64,000 bases of DNA from Candidatus Latescibacterota bacterium (GTDB taxonomy: Bacteria; Latescibacterota; CBDEFO01): contig CBDEFO010000007.1 in NCBI GenBank assembly GCA_965237525.1, forward strand, positions 480,001 through 544,000. Direction: 5' to 3'. Below the pieces are notes generated by a model. The model had not been told where the DNA came from and searched no databases. It worked only from the letters and a program-made list of their open reading frames with translations. Each line of letters begins with the position of its first letter. Position 1 is the first letter of the stretch. The position numbers and the translations under genes are program-made. Of the stretch, positions 20,255-30,773 are shown piece by piece.

Positions 20255-21310
20255 CTAAGTGGCTAGGGCATCAGCAGCCGATCTTTCCAAACGGACGGAC
20301 GCCACTCGCCTCCCATCCAAATTGAATTCCTCGCCAGTTCCAGCTTCGCGAAATCCTAGGGACTCGAATAATGCTCGCTTATTTTCATCCTCGACTGAGA
20401 GAGTTGCCGAACATAGAGGTACACCGCGGGAAGCACCCCAAGACATGGCCGCCTCGATCAGGTCTTTCCAGGCGCCTATATAATTTTGATGAGTGAAAGC
20501 GTCCACCTGGCATTGAGTCCCAATAGATTCAATTGAGGGTTGACCCTCGAGGGATTCAATCGGGGATTGATCAAGTTGTGCTGTTGCTAGTCCGACCAGA
20601 TTGCCTCGATCTGTGCGAGCACCAAACCATTCACCCCGGCCTTCTCGGACGAGTGCCTCATACCGGGGATAGAGCCCCATGCATGAATGTTGCACAGCGT
20701 ATCGCGTTGAAAAGATACCCACGTTGGCGTCCAACACCTGCCAGTCGTGAGAAGATATAAGCAGTGGGATCATAGGAATACGCTCAGAGGCCGAGGCTAC
20801 CGCAGTTGTTGTTGAGCCATCTTTCCTGAAGCAGTCCACAAGAAAAGTCTCCGGTGAGTCCCCGCTTGCAATAAAGGCCATTACGTTGGCTCCTGCCAAT
20901 TTCCGCCATCCAAGACGATTGTACACTCGAGCAGCTGCAGGGTTGCCAGTCCCAAGAAAAAGTGCCTGGCCTCCCTGTGTTCGAAAATCGTCAAGCGCAC
21001 GCTCGCAGAGTTTACTGGCTAGCCCCAGACGACGAAACTCAGGAGCAGTCGCCACTTCCCCCAATCCTCCCAATTCCGGATTCGACTTGGAAATTGTCAA
21101 GTGGGAGCTGCTAGCTAATTTCTTCCCTTGGCGCACTAAGTATAGGATGTCCTGGTTTTGTGCACGTTCTGCAGCAGCGAGTACACTTCGCAGATCTTCA
21201 AAGGAAGTTTCGAAGATCACTTCCCAGAAATCGATCAACTCCTCTGTCAAATCATCGGGCAGAGGTGACTCAATTTCTAAGGAGTCCATCTGTTCATCTA
21301 ACTCATTCAT
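20255..21310 (-). CDS. GNAT-family N-acetyltransferase (tandem GNAT)
   Basis: GGLGEVATAPEFRRLGLAS, FLGTGNPAAARVYNRLGW, ALFESLGF. Confidence 0.88.
   Translation of the reverse strand: MNELDEQMDSLEIESPLPDDLTEELIDFWEVIFETSFEDLRSVLAAAERAQNQDILYLVRQGKKLASSSHLTISKSNPELGGLGEVATAPEFRRLGLASKLCERALDDFRTQGGQALFLGTGNPAAARVYNRLGWRKLAGANVMAFIASGDSPETFLVDCFRKDGSTTTAVASASERIPMIPLLISSHDWQVLDANVGIFSTRYAVQHSCMGLYPRYEALVREGRGEWFGARTDRGNLVGLATAQLDQSPIESLEGQPSIESIGTQCQVDAFTHQNYIGAWKDLIEAAMSWGASRGVPLCSATLSVEDENKRALFESLGFREAGTGEEFNLDGRRVASVRLERSAADALAT
20513..20570 (+). repeat. Two tandem 23-bp palindromic element copies separated and flanked by TTGA, in-frame in the GNAT gene
   Basis: TTGA(20513-16)-GTCCCAATAGATTCAATTGAGGG-TTGA(20540-43)-CCCTCGAGGGATTCAATCGGGGA-TTGA(20567-70); period 27 bp. 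Confidence 0.85.
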
Positions 21311-21483
21311 TTTTCTTCCAAAATGACAAAGCGGAACCAACTGATCGAAAGGCCCGCCGTCGTAAAGTTCAGATGAGCTGTAACTTTATCGCCTTCCTCC
21401 TCATCTGGAAGCACAGATAGCAGGTGATACGGACTGTGAGATAAGATAACGCATGCGATTAGTCAATGTCAACGCTTAATTCA

Positions 21484-21520
21484 TCCCCGATAGAAGCAAC
21501 GGGGATGAATCTATTGGGGG
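21484..21520. repeat. Palindromic element copy plus adjacent half copy
   Basis: TCCCCGATAGAAGCAACGGGGA followed by TGAATCTATTGGGGG. Confidence 0.7.
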
Positions 21521-21595
21521 TCAACATAAAAGAGAAAGGGTTACACAGCGTCCACCCTGTTGTGGGGGATGACTCCTTAAATGACACACCAGTCA

Positions 21596-22646
21596 TCAGC
21601 TTTCAGGTGAAGTAGTATCTGATCCGGATTTGCCGCCCTTTTTCCCCAGTTGCACTTTCAACTCGTAGCATCTGTGAGCCAAGTCAACAAGTTCGGCAAA
21701 GCCCCACGTTCCTCGGTCTGTAAGGATACAAGATAAGTCCGAAGGAATCCCTTCCAGCCCCAGAAAGGCTCCACTGATAGCTCCAGCCATAGCGGCAGTT
21801 GTATCTACGTCTCCACCTACGGCGATTGCAGTGCAGACAGTCTCCCGATAGTCATTTGGTGTTCTCAGAAACGAATATAAACTCCACAGGACACTGCCCG
21901 TAACAACGGGGGATATCCCCTGCCACGCATCCGAATAGTCAGGCGAACCGGCTTTGGAAATTATAGTGGCCGCCTCGTGGGGAGGCAAGGGCATCCATTC
22001 CCTCAATTGCCCAATACCTGAGGCGACCGACTCTTCTATCGTCTCTGTCCACTCGACAAGCTGGGAGAGGAATTGATCTGCCTTAATTCTCTCGCTTTCA
22101 AGGGTTAACGCCACAGGACCGGCGATGGCGACCGAACCGGCTGAGCATCGTCTATCTTGATGAGTGATGCGGCTCTGATCGTGAGCCCTCCGAACAAGCT
22201 CTTTTGGGTCGTCGAAGAACAATAAGCCTACAGGGCCCGCCCGCATGGCACTGCCGTTTCCGGCAGATGGAGGAGGAGTTCCCGCTTCCTCCCACGATGT
22301 GCCCCCTGCCAGACGCCCTGCAGCTTCCTCAGTTGCCCGCCCCCGACCGACAATCCGTCCCTCTGCAAAGATAGCAGCGATCCCGACCGGCGTAATCGCT
22401 GGGATCAAACTCTTTGCAAGCCAGGTAGCTCTGTAAGAGCTCGCGGGCAAGCTGAGAGTCATCCGTATATTGACCGAATGAGAAAGGGTTGCGAGCCCGC
22501 TCTCCTCCGCGCCCTGCCTTTAAAATCTCCCTCACGTACTGCTGGCAAATTTCCGGGGGACAGCCCTCAACCGTGAAACCTAACGCATCGCCCAAACACT
22601 GCCCAATCAAACATCCGCTAAATTGCTCCTTACGGGGCGCGATCAT
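21596..22646 (-). pseudogene. ADP-ribosylglycohydrolase family, +1 frameshift near 22382-22384 (or sequencing error)
   Basis: GQCLGDALG, GQYTDDSQL, SAGNGSAMRAGP, ITHQD, GGDVDTTAAMAGAISGA. The two ORFs join as DYAGR-IAAIF if one G is removed. Confidence 0.85.
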
Positions 22647-22674
22647 CTTGTTCTTTAGTGTTGATATTTAGTTC

Positions 22675-24390
22675 CTACCTATCAGGGCCATCCATTGCGG
22701 CGTTGATCTGCTCAATCTTCTTCTCAACCATTTGCAACCCCATAGTTCTCGCACCAATGGCTAGATAAATGGCACGAGCCTGCTTTAGCAGTTCCAAAGC
22801 CTCCTGCTTCTTTCCCTGAATAGCATCATAGATGATGCCGATGTTGCTAAGGCCATTGGCCTGACCTAAAGGATTGCCAATCTTTTCGTGAATCTCAAGT
22901 GCTGACTTGTAAGACTTCAGCGCATCATCCAGATTCCCCTGATTACCCTGCTCAGCATAGACGTTGCCGATGTTAGCGAGGTCATTGGCCTGACCTAAAG
23001 GATTGCCAATCTTTTCGTGAATGTCAAGTGCCGCCTTGTGAGACTTCAGTGCTTGCTGTAACTTCCCCTGATTCCTAAGGTAGACGTTGCCGATGTTGCC
23101 GAGGTCATTGGCCTGACCTAAAGGATTGTCAATCTCCTGGTGAATGTCAAGTGCCGCCTTGTAAAACTTCAGAGCCTCCTCCAGCTTACCCTGATTCCTA
23201 TAGACGATGCCAATGCTTCCAAGGGCATTAGCCTGACCTAAAGGATTGTCAATCTCCTGGTGAATTTCATGTGCTACCTCGTGAGACTTCAGTGCCTCCG
23301 CCAACTTGCCTTGCTCAGCATATACGTTGCCGATGTTGCCAAGGTCAATTGCCTGACCTTCAGGATTGTCAATCTGCTTGTCAATCTCAAGTGCTGCCTT
23401 ATGCGACTTCAGTGCCTCCTCCAACTTCCCCTGATTAAAGTAGACGTTGCCTGTGTTACCTAGGACATTGGCTCGGCCTAAAAGATTGTCAATCTCCTCG
23501 TGAATGTCAAGTGCTGCCTTATGCGACTTCAGTGCCTCCTCCAACTTCCCCTGATTAAAGTAGACGTTGCCTGTGTTACCTAGGACATTGGCTCGGCCTA
23601 AAAGATTGTCAATCTCCTCGTGAATGTCAAGTGCTGCCTTATGCGACTTCAGTGCCTCCTCCAACTTGCCCTGACTCCTATAGATGTTGCCGATGTTGTC
23701 GAAGGCATTAGCTTGGCCTAAAGGATTCCTAGTCTTTTCGAAAATCTTAAATGCCGCCTCGTAAGACTCCAATGCTTTATCCAAATTCCCCTGCCTAAAG
23801 TATACGATACCGATGTTGCCGAGAAATATTCCTTCAAACTCCCTATCTTGTTTCTTGCGAGCAATCTGAAGTCCAGACATGAAACCATCCTCAGCTTTCG
23901 GAAGGTCTGAGACATAAGAAAGCGAAATGCCAAGGTTTAGGTAAGCAGATATCGTTGGAAGCAGACCAATAGATTTCTGATAATTGCTGGCAGCATCTCG
24001 GTAGCGGTTCGATGCAAAATCACGTTCAGCGGCATTGAAGTAATCCTCCGCTTCGCTGACGACTTCAGCCGCTGCCTCTTCTAACTCGCTTTTGAATCCA
24101 GTCAGAGTTGCCTTCTGGGTAAGTCCTCCTTGAGGATCCTGAATTAACACAATCACAGGTTCCTTCTTACCTAAGGATTCTTTCCATGCGTTTGCTATAC
24201 GGGAAATTGCTAAGAAAACAATGGCGAAAATTAACAGAAGTAGTCGATTTCCCTCAAGCTCTGCAAAGATCGGATCAAGGATCGGAAATTTTTTCAGTTC
24301 GTCTGGGGTGAAGCTTGCCCCGAACAGTAGCCCAGAAACAACTGCCAGAAACTCAAATAGATGAGTTAACAGGATCAGAACACGCATCAT
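22675..24390 (-). CDS. Membrane-anchored tetratricopeptide repeat protein (40-aa repeats)
   Basis: Two N-terminal hydrophobic helices; about 9 repeats of NPLGQANxLGNIGxVYxxQGKLEEALKSHKAALDIHxEID. Confidence 0.9.
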   Translation of the reverse strand: MMRVLILLTHLFEFLAVVSGLLFGASFTPDELKKFPILDPIFAELEGNRLLLLIFAIVFLAISRIANAWKESLGKKEPVIVLIQDPQGGLTQKATLTGFKSELEEAAAEVVSEAEDYFNAAERDFASNRYRDAASNYQKSIGLLPTISAYLNLGISLSYVSDLPKAEDGFMSGLQIARKKQDREFEGIFLGNIGIVYFRQGNLDKALESYEAAFKIFEKTRNPLGQANAFDNIGNIYRSQGKLEEALKSHKAALDIHEEIDNLLGRANVLGNTGNVYFNQGKLEEALKSHKAALDIHEEIDNLLGRANVLGNTGNVYFNQGKLEEALKSHKAALEIDKQIDNPEGQAIDLGNIGNVYAEQGKLAEALKSHEVAHEIHQEIDNPLGQANALGSIGIVYRNQGKLEEALKFYKAALDIHQEIDNPLGQANDLGNIGNVYLRNQGKLQQALKSHKAALDIHEKIGNPLGQANDLANIGNVYAEQGNQGNLDDALKSYKSALEIHEKIGNPLGQANGLSNIGIIYDAIQGKKQEALELLKQARAIYLAIGARTMGLQMVEKKIEQINAAMDGPDR

Positions 24391-24440
24391 ACGATGTCAC
24401 CTATCACTTCGAAAGTCCATTCGCTTTTCTATCCAATCTC

Positions 24441-24803
24441 CTACACCTTTTTTCTCACCAAATTCATCAAATCCTCCATCGACTTACAGTTGTCAATGTC
24501 GGTATGAGTAATAAGCAAAGTGATATTTTCCTCTTTCTTTACAAAGGCAGATGGGAACTCTATGTCCTTCAAATGATAACGCTTCAAGAATTCATCACGG
24601 TGTAAAAACTCAACAGGTACGTTGAGATTGTCAATGAACTTCTTCCACTCCTGCTTCATACCCATATTGTCATAAGTAATAGCGCATAAATTGCAGGAGT
24701 ACGTGTCGGGTGAGATTATCTTGTGAGCATAGTCGGTAAGCGCATTAAAAAAGCCGCTATCTGCATTATAAACGAAGACTATTGTCAAACCTGAGTTCCC
24801 CAT
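24441..24803 (-). CDS. Conserved hypothetical protein with CxLC motif
   Basis: VFVYNADSG...YSCNLCAITY...FLHRDEF, a recognisable small conserved family. Confidence 0.7.
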   Translation of the reverse strand: MGNSGLTIVFVYNADSGFFNALTDYAHKIISPDTYSCNLCAITYDNMGMKQEWKKFIDNLNVPVEFLHRDEFLKRYHLKDIEFPSAFVKKEENITLLITHTDIDNCKSMEDLMNLVRKKV

Positions 24804-25128
24804 ATTAAATCCTTGTGAATATCAGAATGATATACCCGCATAATAATACTTAGAAGTAACACAGTCAAGTAAAAACAGGATCTTCTGATATATCTTAATG
24901 TTTAGCAGTATGTTAGATAAACCCCTTAAATCCCGCATCGTGAGATCACCTTTTTCATAGTTCCCTGCAAAGTTTATTAGCCTTTCTCTTTGATAGGCTT
25001 TTTCTGTTGCTTTTGAAGAGCTATATAGATAAATTATAAAAACTGGCGTGTTATATGGTCGGTAGCCGTAAACATGGGTACTGCGATAGAAATTCTGGTT
25101 AGACTCTCTGGATAAGGTGGATTCCTGT

Positions 25129-27138
25129 ATGCCCCAATTCAAGCTACGGTCGGATTACGAGCCTCAGGGGGATCAGCCCAGGGCAATAGAAGAGTTGGTG
25201 GAGGGGATAGAAAGGGGAGACAAGTTCCAGACGCTCTTGGGCGTTACAGGGAGTGGGAAGACCTATACTATGGCGTCGGTGATAGAAAAGTTGCAGAAGC
25301 CGACTTTAGTGATGTCTCATAATAAGACTTTGGCGGCGCAGTTGTACGGAGAATTTAAGGGCTTTTTCCCTGAAAACGCTGTGGAGTATTTCATAAGTTA
25401 TTACGATTATTATCAGCCTGAGGCGTACAACGCCGCTACAGACACGTATGTCCAGAAAGAGGTGGATATAAACGACGACATAGACAGATTAAGGCTCCGT
25501 GCGACGAGTTCTCTTTTGGAGAGAAATGACGTCATTACTGTGGCGAGCGTTTCGTGTATATATGGAATAGGTTCTCCGGAGCAGTACAGAAAACTGAACC
25601 TTGCTCTGAAGGTTGGGAATTACATAGAGCGGGATGAGGTTTTGCGACGATTGATAGATATTCACTATAACAGGAACGATTTTGAGCCTAAACGAGGTAC
25701 TTTCAGGGTGAGGGGAGATGTAGTTGAGGTGATTCCCGCTTATGAAAAGGATGCGATAAGGATAGACCTTTTCGGGAATGAGATTGAGGCAATTTCGGTG
25801 ATTGATACGCTTACCGGTGAGATTCTAAACGAACTGGAAGAAGTTGCGATATATCCTGCGAGGCACTTCGTGGTTACTCAACCTACACTTGAACAGGCGT
25901 GCGAAGCTATCCTGCGGGAGTTGGACGAACAGTTGGCCAAATTTCAGTCTGAGGGAAAGCTGCTGGAGGCGCAGAGGTTGGAATCCCGGACGAAGTTCGA
26001 TGTGGAGATGCTCAACGAGATAGGTTACTGTCAGGGAGTTGAGAACTATTCGAGGCACCTTACAGGAAGACGGCCCGGGGAGAGACCCTGGGTCCTCTTA
26101 GACTATTTCCCCAAGGACTTTTTAATATTCATGGACGAATCACACGTGACTGTGCCACAGATCAGGGGTATGTGGGCTGGAGACAGATCGAGGAAGGATG
26201 CATTGATAGAGTACGGATTCAGACTCCCGTCAGCATACGACAACAGACCGTTGTATTTTGAGGAGTTTGAGGAGGTTGTGAACCAAGTTGTATTCGTATC
26301 AGCCACTCCAGCCGAGTATGAGCATGAAAAATGCAACGGTGTGGTGGTGGAACAGATTATCCGTCCTACGGGGCTTGTGGACCCCAAGATTACCGTAAAG
26401 CCTGCAAGGGGACAGGTGGACGATCTGTTGGAGGAAATAAGGGCAAGGGTGGAGAAAAGGGAGAGAGTTTTAGTTACTGCGCTGACCAAAAAGATGTCGG
26501 AGCATCTTGCTGACTATTTAGATAAGATGGGTATCAAGGTGAGATACCTGCATTCCGAAATAGCCGCTTTAGACAGAGTCGTAATCTTGAGAGATTTAAG
26601 GCTGGGAGAGTTTGACGTACTAGTGGGGGTTAATCTTTTACGGGAGGGGTTGGACCTTCCCGAAGTGTCTTTGGTGGCGATATTAGATGCGGATAAGGAG
26701 GGATTCTTAAGGTCTGAAAGATCGTTGATTCAGACTTCGGGCAGGGCGGCAAGGCACGCTGCGGGGGAGGTCATCTTGTACGCGGATAATATGACAGATT
26801 CAATGAGGAGGGCTATCGACGAAACAAACAGGAGGCGGGGAATCCAAGAGGAGTTTAACATGGAGCACGGAATAGAACCTAAATCCATATACAAGTCGGT
26901 AGATGAGGTTATGAAAACTACAGCTGTGGCGGATGTCATAAGAAAGGATAGGTACCAGGTAAGGGAGGAGATGGCAGAGTACACGGCACAGATGGATAGA
27001 GAAGAGTTGATAGAGGTCCTGGAGGGTCAGATGATTGAGGCGGCGTCAAGGCTGGAGTTTGAAAGGGCTGCAAAGTTGAGGGATCAGATTCGAAGGATAG
27101 CGGAGGAGATGGAAAAAGAAGCTAATGTTTTGGATTAG
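25129..27138 (+). CDS. uvrB: Excinuclease ABC subunit B
   Basis: [62 protein letters not shown]-terminal UVR domain FERAAKLRD. Confidence 0.98.
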   Translation: MPQFKLRSDYEPQGDQPRAIEELVEGIERGDKFQTLLGVTGSGKTYTMASVIEKLQKPTLVMSHNKTLAAQLYGEFKGFFPENAVEYFISYYDYYQPEAYNAATDTYVQKEVDINDDIDRLRLRATSSLLERNDVITVASVSCIYGIGSPEQYRKLNLALKVGNYIERDEVLRRLIDIHYNRNDFEPKRGTFRVRGDVVEVIPAYEKDAIRIDLFGNEIEAISVIDTLTGEILNELEEVAIYPARHFVVTQPTLEQACEAILRELDEQLAKFQSEGKLLEAQRLESRTKFDVEMLNEIGYCQGVENYSRHLTGRRPGERPWVLLDYFPKDFLIFMDESHVTVPQIRGMWAGDRSRKDALIEYGFRLPSAYDNRPLYFEEFEEVVNQVVFVSATPAEYEHEKCNGVVVEQIIRPTGLVDPKITVKPARGQVDDLLEEIRARVEKRERVLVTALTKKMSEHLADYLDKMGIKVRYLHSEIAALDRVVILRDLRLGEFDVLVGVNLLREGLDLPEVSLVAILDADKEGFLRSERSLIQTSGRAARHAAGEVILYADNMTDSMRRAIDETNRRRGIQEEFNMEHGIEPKSIYKSVDEVMKTTAVADVIRKDRYQVREEMAEYTAQMDREELIEVLEGQMIEAASRLEFERAAKLRDQIRRIAEEMEKEANVLD

Positions 27139-27156
27139 TTATAAGGAGCATTCACC

Positions 27157-28050
27157 TTGAGCAGGGATATTAAGGGGTTCGATTGGGAGTATGCCGAAAG
27201 GATAGTGGAATCGGCGCTGGAGGAGGATATAGGTTCAGGGGACTTCACAACCCTTTGGTGTGTTGCAGAGGATGCTAAAATTGAATGCCGGATTGTATCA
27301 AAGGAAGAAGGTGTCCTGGCGGGGATGAATGTAGCCCGGTCAGTTTTCTTGAGGATAGATGAGGAGATAGATTTCATAGACTACTTTGAAGATGGAGATC
27401 TTATTAGCACAGGGGATGTTGTCGCTGATGTGAAAGGTAGTGCAAGGGGGATTCTGACAGGGGAGAGAACGGCTCTGAATTTCATTCAAAGGATGTCTGG
27501 AATTGCTTCTGCAACAAACAGATATGTGGATGCAGTTAAAGGAACAGGGGCTGTGATACTCGATACGAGAAAGACTGCACCGGGGTTGAGGGTCCTGGAT
27601 AAATACTCTGTCCGTGTGGGCGGAGGGAGTAACCACAGGCTTGGGCTGTACGATATGATTCTGATTAAGGATAATCATATTGAGGCAGCCGGTGGAATAG
27701 CCGCGGCTGTGGATGGAGCAAGGAGGAATATGAGGGATCGGGGTAAGGATTTGAAGGTGGAGGTTGAGGTTAAGAATATCGCTCAGCTTAGAGAGGCGCT
27801 TTCTGCGTGCCCCGACAGGGTTATGTTGGATAATATGGGAATAGTTGAGACAAACGAGGCCGTCAGGATTGTAAACGAATGGCGCCAGAGGTCGAAGGGG
27901 AAGGTGGAGATCGAGGCTTCGGGGGATGTGACTGTGGAGAACGTGAGAACGATGGCTTGTGTGGGAGTCGATTTTATATCTGTTGGGGCTCTGACACACT
28001 CTGTAAGTGCGCTGGACATGAGTCTTCAGTTCAAAAGTAGTAGATACTAG
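27157..28050 (+). CDS. nadC: Nicotinate-nucleotide pyrophosphorylase (quinolinate phosphoribosyltransferase)
   Basis: LEEDIGSGDFTT, ERTALN, DTRKTAPG, NHRLGLYDMILIKDNH, EVEV, MLDN, EASG, ISVGALTHS. Confidence 0.96.
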   Translation: MSRDIKGFDWEYAERIVESALEEDIGSGDFTTLWCVAEDAKIECRIVSKEEGVLAGMNVARSVFLRIDEEIDFIDYFEDGDLISTGDVVADVKGSARGILTGERTALNFIQRMSGIASATNRYVDAVKGTGAVILDTRKTAPGLRVLDKYSVRVGGGSNHRLGLYDMILIKDNHIEAAGGIAAAVDGARRNMRDRGKDLKVEVEVKNIAQLREALSACPDRVMLDNMGIVETNEAVRIVNEWRQRSKGKVEIEASGDVTVENVRTMACVGVDFISVGALTHSVSALDMSLQFKSSRY

Positions 28051-28074
28051 TCAAGAGACAGGTGCGATCGCATC

Positions 28075-28160
28075 AGGAGGTTCACCCGTCGGAATGACTG
28101 AGGGGCAAAGCCAAGAGACTGAACGGGACAAATTAACCGTCGTTGCAGCCAGATCGAGGC
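28075..28160 (+). ncRNA. Candidate GEMM-I (c-di-GMP-I type) riboswitch aptamer, possibly degenerate
   Basis: GG..CACCCGTC-GGAA-TGAC...GCAAAGCCAAGAGACTGAA-[CGG..CCG hairpin]-...GCAGCCAG follows the remembered GEMM-I layout. Downstream hairpin AAGGGGGAAGGTTCCCCTTT at ~28181-28200. Confidence 0.45.
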
Positions 28161-28212
28161 AATCTCTTGGACAGTAGATGAAGGGGGAAGGTTCCCCTTT
28201 GATCGTCTACTT

Positions 28213-29208
28213 GTGTATATTGCAGGGAGTCCAGTGGATAGCATAAGCAGGGACATACTTCAGGTTCTGCGTGAAAGGAGGGGGGAGCATCTATCCGGTG
28301 GCGAGTTGTCCGCGGAAATTAAGGCAAATACCGTGGATGTGCAGGACGAAATAGCTCGTCTCCTTTGCGCGGGATATAATATTGAGATACACCCGATTTT
28401 AGGATATAAACTCCTTTCTGCACCTGATGTTTTATCTGACGTTGAGATAGCTAATAGTCTGTCTACTAATAGATTAGGTAGGACGATCTATTCGTATAAT
28501 GAGATTGGCTCTACAAATGATGTGGCTTTGAGATTAGGAAGAGAGGGTGCAGAAGATGGGACGTTAGTTGTAGCGGAAAGCCAGGCCGCAGGAAGAGGGC
28601 GTCTCGGAAGAGAATGGCATTCGCCCGGAAACTTGGGAATATGGATGTCATTGATTTTAAGGCCGAAGATTAAGGCGGCAAAGAGTATGAGAATTACGAT
28701 GCTATCAGGCATCGCCGTAGCATGTGCGGTGCGAGAAATTTCAGGGCTTTCTGCTAAGTTGAAGTGGCCAAATGACGTTTTGACAAATGGCAGAAAGGTA
28801 GCAGGGATCTTGACGGAGACTAGGCTGGACGGCGAAAGGCTTGATTTCGCTGTGGTTGGAATAGGTCTCAACGTGAATCATAAAACAGATGATTTCCCGG
28901 ATTATCTCAAGGGTAAAGCCACCTCACTTTTTATTGAATCGGGCCGGTCATACAAAAGGGCGGAATTAGTTGGGAGGATATTGACGGAGATGGAAAGGGA
29001 AGGCCATGATTTAGAGTATGGCGAGAGGATATTGGAAAGATGGAGAGGGTTCTCAGATACTTTGAGCAGGAGAATCAGAATAAGTGAAGGTGATAGGATT
29101 ATAGAAGGCGTAGCTGTCGCCGTGGACGTGGACGGCGCGCTGATTGTGGAAGGGGATAAGGGATTGCAGCAGCACTTTTTAGCAGGAGAAATTGAATATG
29201 TGGAGTAA
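28213..29208 (+). CDS. birA: Bifunctional biotin operon repressor / biotin-[acetyl-CoA-carboxylase] ligase
   Basis: N-terminal HTH (SGGELS), STND, AESQAAGRGRLGREWHSP, LKWPND, KVAGIL, GIGLNVN. Confidence 0.95.
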   Translation: MYIAGSPVDSISRDILQVLRERRGEHLSGGELSAEIKANTVDVQDEIARLLCAGYNIEIHPILGYKLLSAPDVLSDVEIANSLSTNRLGRTIYSYNEIGSTNDVALRLGREGAEDGTLVVAESQAAGRGRLGREWHSPGNLGIWMSLILRPKIKAAKSMRITMLSGIAVACAVREISGLSAKLKWPNDVLTNGRKVAGILTETRLDGERLDFAVVGIGLNVNHKTDDFPDYLKGKATSLFIESGRSYKRAELVGRILTEMEREGHDLEYGERILERWRGFSDTLSRRIRISEGDRIIEGVAVAVDVDGALIVEGDKGLQQHFLAGEIEYVE

Positions 29209-29256
29209 CAGCAAGGGCGCTGTTGACCCACCCCTACATTTGGTGATATGTAGAAG

Positions 29257-30177
29257 ATGACAATTGATGTCGGAAGAGAATTAAGGGAAAGGTGCAGAGG
29301 GGAGGTACGCAGGGATGAGATGCTTTCGAGTCATACGTCTTTGCGGATCGGGGGACCCGCGGACTTTATGCTCTATCCGGCTCGCGTGGAGGATATTGTG
29401 GGGGCCTTGACGCTTACAAGGAATGAAGGGGTTCGGGTTATGACCATAGGAGGTGGGACGAATCTGCTATTTGCAGAGAGCGGGTTTAGAGGTCTGATTA
29501 TTAACATGAGAAGATCTGTCTCCGATGTGTCCTTTGACGAATCCATAGCTAAAGCTGGAGCGGGAGGCAATCTGTCCCGATTTGCGGGAAAATGCGCTGA
29601 TGCAGGACTGGCAGGGCTGGAGTTTGCGTGGGATATTCCAGGGACTGTGGGAGGAGCTGTAAGGGGGAACGCCGGGGCGTTTGACAAGAGCATTTCTGAC
29701 AGGTTGATCGAGGTTGTGGGAATAGATATGAACTCTCTAGAGTCTACTGTGTTGAAGAAGGAGCACATAAGGTTTGAATACAGGAGCGCAGATTTTCCAA
29801 TAGACATAGTGATAACAGGGGCAACGTTCAAGTTGGATAGAGGGAACACTGAGCAGATAAGGGAGAGGATGGATGAGATGCTGGCGTACAGGAAGAGATC
29901 TCAGCCACTTTCGGACAGGAGCGCGGGGTGTATATTCAAGAACTATGGCGAAAATTCCGCAGGGATGTTAATAGATAAGGCGGGCTGTAAAGGCTTAAGA
30001 TTGGGCGATGCCTGTGTGTCGGACGTACACGGAAATTTTATTATCAACCAGCGCAGTGCAAGCTCTGATAACGTATTAAAGCTGATAGACATAGTAAGAG
30101 AGAAGGTAATGGACCTTTGTGGCGTCAGGTTGGAACTGGAAATACGGATTGTGGATGAGGAACGTATGGCTCCATAA
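29257..30177 (+). CDS. murB: UDP-N-acetylenolpyruvoylglucosamine reductase
   Basis: HTSLRIGGPA, GGGTNLL, IPGTVGGAVRGNAGA, FEYRS, QP..SAGCIFKN, HGNFIIN, LELEIRI. Confidence 0.96.
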   Translation: MTIDVGRELRERCRGEVRRDEMLSSHTSLRIGGPADFMLYPARVEDIVGALTLTRNEGVRVMTIGGGTNLLFAESGFRGLIINMRRSVSDVSFDESIAKAGAGGNLSRFAGKCADAGLAGLEFAWDIPGTVGGAVRGNAGAFDKSISDRLIEVVGIDMNSLESTVLKKEHIRFEYRSADFPIDIVITGATFKLDRGNTEQIRERMDEMLAYRKRSQPLSDRSAGCIFKNYGENSAGMLIDKAGCKGLRLGDACVSDVHGNFIINQRSASSDNVLKLIDIVREKVMDLCGVRLELEIRIVDEERMAP

Positions 30178-30207
30178 TCTGTAGTCGAAGACCAAAAGGA
30201 GGATTCT

Positions 30208-30600
30208 ATGGGGACGTATCTTGAACACACGGCTATTCCTGCAAAGGATACGAAGGCTCTGACCGAGTGGTACTGTGACCGTTTCGGGTTGAGAGTTGTG
30301 TACGAGGGAGAGGGAGAAAACCCCATCTATTTCGTCAAAGGTGAAAAGGGAAGTGCGGTTGAGATCATTCCTGCGGGCCAAGGGGATTACAGAATCCCCG
30401 ATTCGGTCGATAAGAATGTCAGACATTTGTCTTTCTGGGTGGACGATTTTGACCGGGAGATTGAGAGATTGAAGTCCGAAGGGATTGAGATGGAGGATGC
30501 GTTAACGCTTTTTGATGGAGATGTAAAGGTCTCCTTTGGAAACGACCCTGAGGGTAACAGGCTTCAGATCGTATGGAGAAGAACGCCTCTTCTGGGATAG
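30208..30600 (+). CDS. VOC (glyoxalase/bleomycin resistance) family protein
   Basis: LEHTAI...WYCDRFG, RHLSFWVDD, DPEGNRLQI. Confidence 0.88.
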   Translation: MGTYLEHTAIPAKDTKALTEWYCDRFGLRVVYEGEGENPIYFVKGEKGSAVEIIPAGQGDYRIPDSVDKNVRHLSFWVDDFDREIERLKSEGIEMEDALTLFDGDVKVSFGNDPEGNRLQIVWRRTPLLG

Positions 30601-30603
30601 TAG

Positions 30604-30633
30604 CCCCCGATTGAGTCTATCGGGGATCGGGGC
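30604..30633 (-). repeat. 23-bp palindromic element copy with duplicated ATCGGGG end
   Basis: TAG-CCCCCGATTGAGTCTATCGGGGATCGGGGC-TAG, just after the VOC stop. Confidence 0.8.
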
Positions 30634-30654
30634 TAGACAGGGAAAGGTTAGCTA

Positions 30655-30687
30655 CCCCCCTTATTAAGGGGGGATACAGGGGGGTGA
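30655..30687. repeat. REP-like palindrome CCCCCCTTATTAAGGGGGG + ATACAGGGGGGTGA
   Basis: Near-perfect inverted repeat; the trailing 14-mer is identical to 18722-18735. Confidence 0.6.
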
Positions 30688-30773
30688 CACGAAGACACTA
30701 ATTTTGTGCATCTTTGTACCTTGGTGGCTGAAGAAGAGGAACCTTCGCCTTAACATAATGGGGATATAAGCTC

